A stretch of DNA of 64,000 bases. It comes from Amoebophrya sp. A120 (taxonomy: Eukaryota; Protista; Dinoflagellata). Of the stretch, positions 59,020 to 64,000 are shown piece by piece (position 1 is the first letter of the stretch; every line of letters begins with the position of its first letter). The stretch spans positions 3,673,706-3,737,705 of the forward strand of contig CAJINV010000001.1 in assembly GCA_905178155.1 (NCBI GenBank), read 5' to 3'. The position numbers and the translations under genes were made by a program. A model generated the notes under the pieces. That model did not search any database. It was not told where the DNA came from and was given only the letters and a program-made list of their open reading frames with translations.

Positions 59020-61243
59020 ACGATCCGGCACCGGCCGGCGCGGCGGGCAGGTTGGCCTTTGCCGTCATCTTGCACGCTGGCACCGGCGTGGCCGCGATCT
59101 GGCGGCGGGGGGCGGGCATGGTCGGGCACCGGCTTGGCCAGGGCCCGACAGCGGCCGGCGTGGCCAGGGTCCGGCACCGGCTTGGGCATGATCGGGCACC
59201 GGCACGGCCATGACCTTGCACCGGCGTGGCCACGACCTGGCACCGCCTTGGCCATGATTTGGCACCGGCTTGGCCGCGGCCTGGCACTTGCAGGCATGGC
59301 CATGATCCCTCACCGGTTTGGCTATGCTCTGGAACAGGCAGGCAGGCTTGGCCATGATTCATCTGGCACCGGCTTGGCCACGACCTGGCACCGGCTTGGG
59401 CATGATCTGGCACCGGCTTGGCTTTGTCATGAGATGACCTGGCCCCGGCTTTGCCATGATTTGGCGCCGGCTTCGGCTCGGCCACGACCCGGAGCCGGCC
59501 CGGCTTTGCCATGACCTGGAGCAACCGGCTGGGCCATGGCCTGAGCGAGCGCCGGCCTTGCCGTGATCTGGAAGCGACCGGCCTGGCCACGACCTGGCAC
59601 CGGCTTGGCCATGGTGTGGCACCGGCCTGGCCATGACCTGGCACGGGCCTGGCCATGATCTGGCACCGGCTTGGCCCTGACCTTCCTGGCACCGGCTTGG
59701 CCGTGATCCATCTGGCACCGGCTTGGCCATGATGTGGCGCCGGCCTGGCCGCGACCTGGCACCGGACGGCTTGGCCATGATCTGGCGCCGGGTTGGCCAT
59801 GATGTGGCACAGGGCGGGTTGGGCCACGACCTGGAACCGGCTTGGCCATGATCTGGCACCCGCTTGGCCCTGATCTCATCAGGCGCCGGCTTGGCCATGA
59901 TCTCGCTGGCGCCGGCCTGGCCACGACCTGGCACCGGCCTGGCCACGATCTGGCACCGGCTTGGCCATGATCTGGCACCGGCTTGGCCATGACCTGGCAC
60001 CGGCTGACTGGCAGGCTTGGCCATGATCTGGCATGCGAGGGAGCGCTGGCAGGTTTGGCCATGATCTGGCACCGGCCCGACAGGCTTTGGTCATGATCTG
60101 GCACCGGCTTGGCCACGGCCTGGCACCGAGTTGGCAGGCTTTGGCCATGATCTGGCACCGGCTTGGCCACGACCTGGCACCGGCAGGCTTTGCCACGATC
60201 TGGCGCCGGCTGGGCCATGATCTGGCACCGGGCGGGGTGGCCATGATCTGGAAGCGGCGTGGCCATGATCTGGCACCGGCTTGGCCATGATCTGGCACCA
60301 TCTTGGCAGGCTTTGGCCATGATCTGGAACCGGCAGGCATTGCGCTGATCTGGCACCGGTTTGGCCATGATGCATGTGGCACGCACCGGCTTGGCAGGTT
60401 TTGGCCATGATCTGGCATCGGCTTGGCCACGACCTGGCACCGGCTTGGTTATGATCTGGCACCGGCCCGGCCATGACCTGGCATCGGCTTGGCAGGCTTT
60501 GGCCATGATCTGGCACCGCCTCGGCCATGATTTGGCACCGGCATGGCCATGATCTGGCACCGGCGGGCTTTGCCGGCTTTGGCCATGATCTGGCACCGGC
60601 CGGCGGGCTTGGCCACGACCGGGCAGCGGCAGGCTTGGCAATGATCTGGCACCGGCTTGGCCACAGTCTGGCACCGTGCCAGCTTGGCCACGACCTGGCA
60701 CCGGGCGGCCTGGCCATGATCCGGAACCGGCCGGCTGGCAGGCTTGGCCATGATCTCGCACCGGCTTGGCAGGCTCTGGCTTTTTTTTTTCTTTTGTCAG
60801 CCTTGGCACGGCCTGCCCTGGCACCGGCTTGGCCATCATCTGGCATCGGCTTGGGCACGACCCGGCACCGGCTGGCAGGCTTGGCCATAATCTGGCACCG
60901 GCAGGCTTGGCCATGATTTGGCACAGGCTTGGCAGGCTTTGGCCATGATCTGGCACCGGCTTGGCCACGACCTGGCACCGGCTTGGCCATGATCTGGCAC
61001 CGGCTTGGCTATGACCTGGCATCGGCTTGGCAGGTTTTGGCCATGATCTGGCACCGGCTTGGCCATGATCTGGCACCGGCTTGGCCATGACCTGGCACCG
61101 GCTTGGCCACGACCCACCTGGCACCGGCTACCCCATGATCTGGCATCGGCTTGGCCATGATGTGGCACCGGCTGGCAGGCTTGGCCATGCATGATCTGGC
61201 ACCGGCTTGGCAGGCTTCCTCTGGCCACGACCTGGCGCCGGCT
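59020..61243. repeat. Degenerate 22-bp GC-rich satellite
   Basis: Unit CTGGCACCGGCTTGGCCATGAT with variants (..CCACGAC, inserted GGCAGGCTT) over ~2.2 kb. Confidence 0.93.
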
Positions 61244-61285
61244 CGTGTTTCGAGGTTAGTTTCGTTTCGCACGTTGTTGCCCCGC

Positions 61286-61930
61286 CTCGAGGCTTCGGGG
61301 CTTCGTTGCTTCGGGGCTCCGCTGCTTCGAGGCTTCGCTGCTTCGAGGCTTCGCTGCTTCGAGGCTTCGCTGCTTCGAGGCTTCGCTGCTTCGAGGCTTC
61401 GCTGCTTCGAGGCTTCGCTGCTTCGAGGCTTCGCTGCTTCGAGGCTTCGCTGCTTCGAGGCTTCGCTGCTTCGAGGCTTCGCTGCTTCGAGGCTTCGCTG
61501 CTTCGAGGCTTCGCTGCTTCGAGGCTTCGCTGCTTCGAGGCTTCGCTGCTTCGAGGCTTCGCTGCTTCGAGGCTTCGCTGCTTCGAGGCTTCGCTGCTTC
61601 GAGGCTTCGCTGCTTCGAGGCTTCGCTGCTTCGAGGCTTCGCTGCTTCGAGGCTTCGCTGCTTCGAGGCTTCGCTGCTTCGAGGCTTCGCTGCTTCGAGG
61701 CTTCGCTGCTTCGGGGCTTCGCTGCTTCGGGGCTGCGCTGCTTCGGGGCTGCGCTGCTTCGCGGCTTCGAGGCTTCGCCGCTTCGAAGCTTCGCTGCTTC
61801 GAGGTTTCGCTGCTTCGAGGCTTCGCTGCTTCGAGGCTTCGCTGCTTCGAGGCTTCGCTGCTTCGAGGCTTCGCGGCTTCGCCGCTTCCTTCGGCGTTTC
61901 GAGGCCTCATCGTTTCGAGGCTTCGCCGCT
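61286..61930. repeat. Homogeneous 16-bp satellite
   Basis: (GCTTCGAGGCTTCGCT)n, built from two 8-bp half units; perfect in the centre, degenerate at both edges. Confidence 0.95.
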
Positions 61931-61954
61931 TAGAAGCTTGGGCACTTTGTCTGC

Positions 61955-62175
61955 ATTTCGTTGTTGTTGTTTTTCGTTTCTATTCTTTGTTTTTGTTTTT
62001 TGTTTTCATTCTTTGTTTTCATTCTTTGTTTTCGTTTTTCGTTTCTATTCTTTGTTTTCGTTTTTCGTTTCCATCCTTTGTTTTCGTTTTTCGTTTCCAT
62101 TCTTTGTTTCCATTCTTTGTTTTCGTTTTTCGTTTTCATTCTTTTTGTTTTTCGTTTCTATTGTTTGTTTTTATT
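61955..62175. repeat. T-rich low-complexity repeat
   Basis: Iterations of TTTGTTTTCGTTTTTCGTTTCCATTC-like units. Confidence 0.85.
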
Positions 62176-64000
62176 GCGGGATACTATTAAATAATGGGTT
62201 TTCTGACTTATAACTAGTCATGGTAGAGATTGTTGTACTTCTGCGGGTTCATTTTGTGTGGTTCCATTTACACTCTTCAATTTTAGTATTCCTATTTCAT
62301 ACTTCTCTGACAAGTAGAGCGAAATGAAAATAACTTTCTCTACTGCATTTGAATACCCTCTTTCATTTCTATTTCTATGTATTCAGGATTTCTGTTGTCT
62401 TCACACACCACGTGAACACAAAACACACGAAAACAGCACAATAGGCCTTGAGCCGATCAGTTTAACGACGGGCCACAAATCTCTAGTCATAAATTGTCGC
62501 GTACTCTGCACATCTTCCCCAACCTGTGCTGCAGTAAGGACGATATTAGACAAATTACGATCTTAGACCGCCGGCGTGCCGCCCGGAGCGTGTTATATTG
62601 TTTGAGGATCTCACTCTCGTGGGAACCGAGACCGACGACAACTAGAGCTTGCGGCCCATTTACAAAGCACGCGACGACAACTAGAGCTCTCGCCCCATAT
62701 ACAAAGCACAACCCAGATATTGATACTGTTCCTTGCTGGCCGAAAATATGTCTACAGGTGACTTCTTCGATGAATTGCTACTACTTGGGCGAAATAGTAG
62801 CGCTTCAGGATTGCTTTAGATAGTACCTGTATTTATTTCTCACCTTGTATGTAAAGAAGTTTAGTATGATTGTTTTCGAGACTAGCCGGCTACTAGAAAT
62901 AGTTAGGTCGTGGCATACGCTAGTTATGCATTTCGTTTTTGCGGTGAACCGGTACCCACGGGCGCATAACGATCGACCAAATGCTAACTAGGGGAGCACC
63001 CACGTGGTAGGTTGGGTGTAGCGCTGCTTGGTCGTAGTGCTCCAGCTTCTGCCATGTGGGACCCCGTGGGCAGAAGTATCCACACTCGCGCCGCGCCCTT
63101 TTCTAGCTAGGGACTCAAGTAGTCGCTTCCTTCGTCATTTTCAAAAAACCCTCCACAGGATGTGCTTCGACAATTATGTCCAGTTCGCTATGCTACAGTG
63201 CTTTTTTTCAAACTTCCCTTTGGGATTTTAGTTTCTATATGTATTTATTTCTCACAGGAGCTGCAGCAGGAGGACGAGGACTTCAACTTCTTTTACGGAC
63301 GAAAATGAAAAATTGGACGCAAATTGGAATAGCAAGTTCCTATTCCTATTGCAATTTTACAAGCTGCCTCCTTGTCCGCTTTTATGAATATGCTGGTCAG
63401 CTTATCGCCATGATTTGATTTCTCACCCAGGCCCAGGCGGGCGAGGGGTAACTAGGTACTGGACTGCGAAATAACAGCCGGCTCCTTCTTCTGTAGCAAG
63501 TGGCTATGGAAGGAACAAGAAGAACGGAAACGCTAAAAAAAAATCTTGCTATGAAAGGGAAAGGAACTACTTTACAAAGATGGGGCACTTTTTAGGAATG
63601 TACTGTACCAATATGTAGATCATGATACACATACAGTAGCTGTCTCCCGCCGTTCTTCGTGGGGCCCGAGAACAATAATGCGAACTTTACAATTTGGTAC
63701 TAACAGGGTCTCCGTTTGAAAAATGTTTTGTTTTACCTAAAAGTTTTTTTTTCCTTCAAGAAAATCTATCAATCAGCGACAAAAGACAAGATGACAGCGC
63801 TGGTACCTCCAACGACGACTTTGATAATGCGAAGAAGTAGAAGATACGATGTCAAAGTCGAGGGAGCAATAGAATGAATGTGTAGTTGCAAGAATGACTC
63901 CATTGATCTAGTGTGAAGGGACTGCGGATCAAAAGAACCGGGATGGTGGCGAAATTGGAATAAACATCTCTAATTTTTTCACTGCTTTTTTTATCGAAGA

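Noticed and set aside
59020-61930. Possible CRISPR array
   Set aside because: Units are tandem with no unique spacers; no cas genes; eukaryotic context.
58915-62213. Long ORFs on both strands (up to 565 aa)
   Set aside because: Products of stop-free satellite units; repetitive in all frames.

Overview
Eukaryotic genomic window with about 9 protein-coding genes, all on the + strand. This unidirectional cluster with mixed canonical and non-canonical introns fits a dinoflagellate-lineage parasite such as Amoebophrya (inference). The dominant feature is 19 MITE-like insertions (152-321 bp, at least 7 TIR families) inside the coding sequence of three genes. Each starts TA(T), ends (A)TA (one ends ACA), has terminal inverted repeats and a 5-bp target-site duplication, and carries the internal motif GCAT(G/C/T)ACA. 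Removing each element plus one TSD copy restores the reading frame in all 19 cases, none can be read as a GT-AG intron, and three families occur in both orientations. They therefore behave as transposon-derived non-canonical introns (introners). Recognisable genes: a TMEM65-like + GAF fusion, PEX11, an intron-less acyl-CoA-synthetase/ACP/LpxA-like acyltransferase fusion, an anoctamin and a HAD-IIA phosphoglycolate phosphatase. There are also several large hypothetical proteins, a 45-bp perfect palindrome, a 592-bp insert between 50-bp direct repeats, a GC-rich island and a three-part satellite block near the end. All coordinates and gene models were derived by hand.
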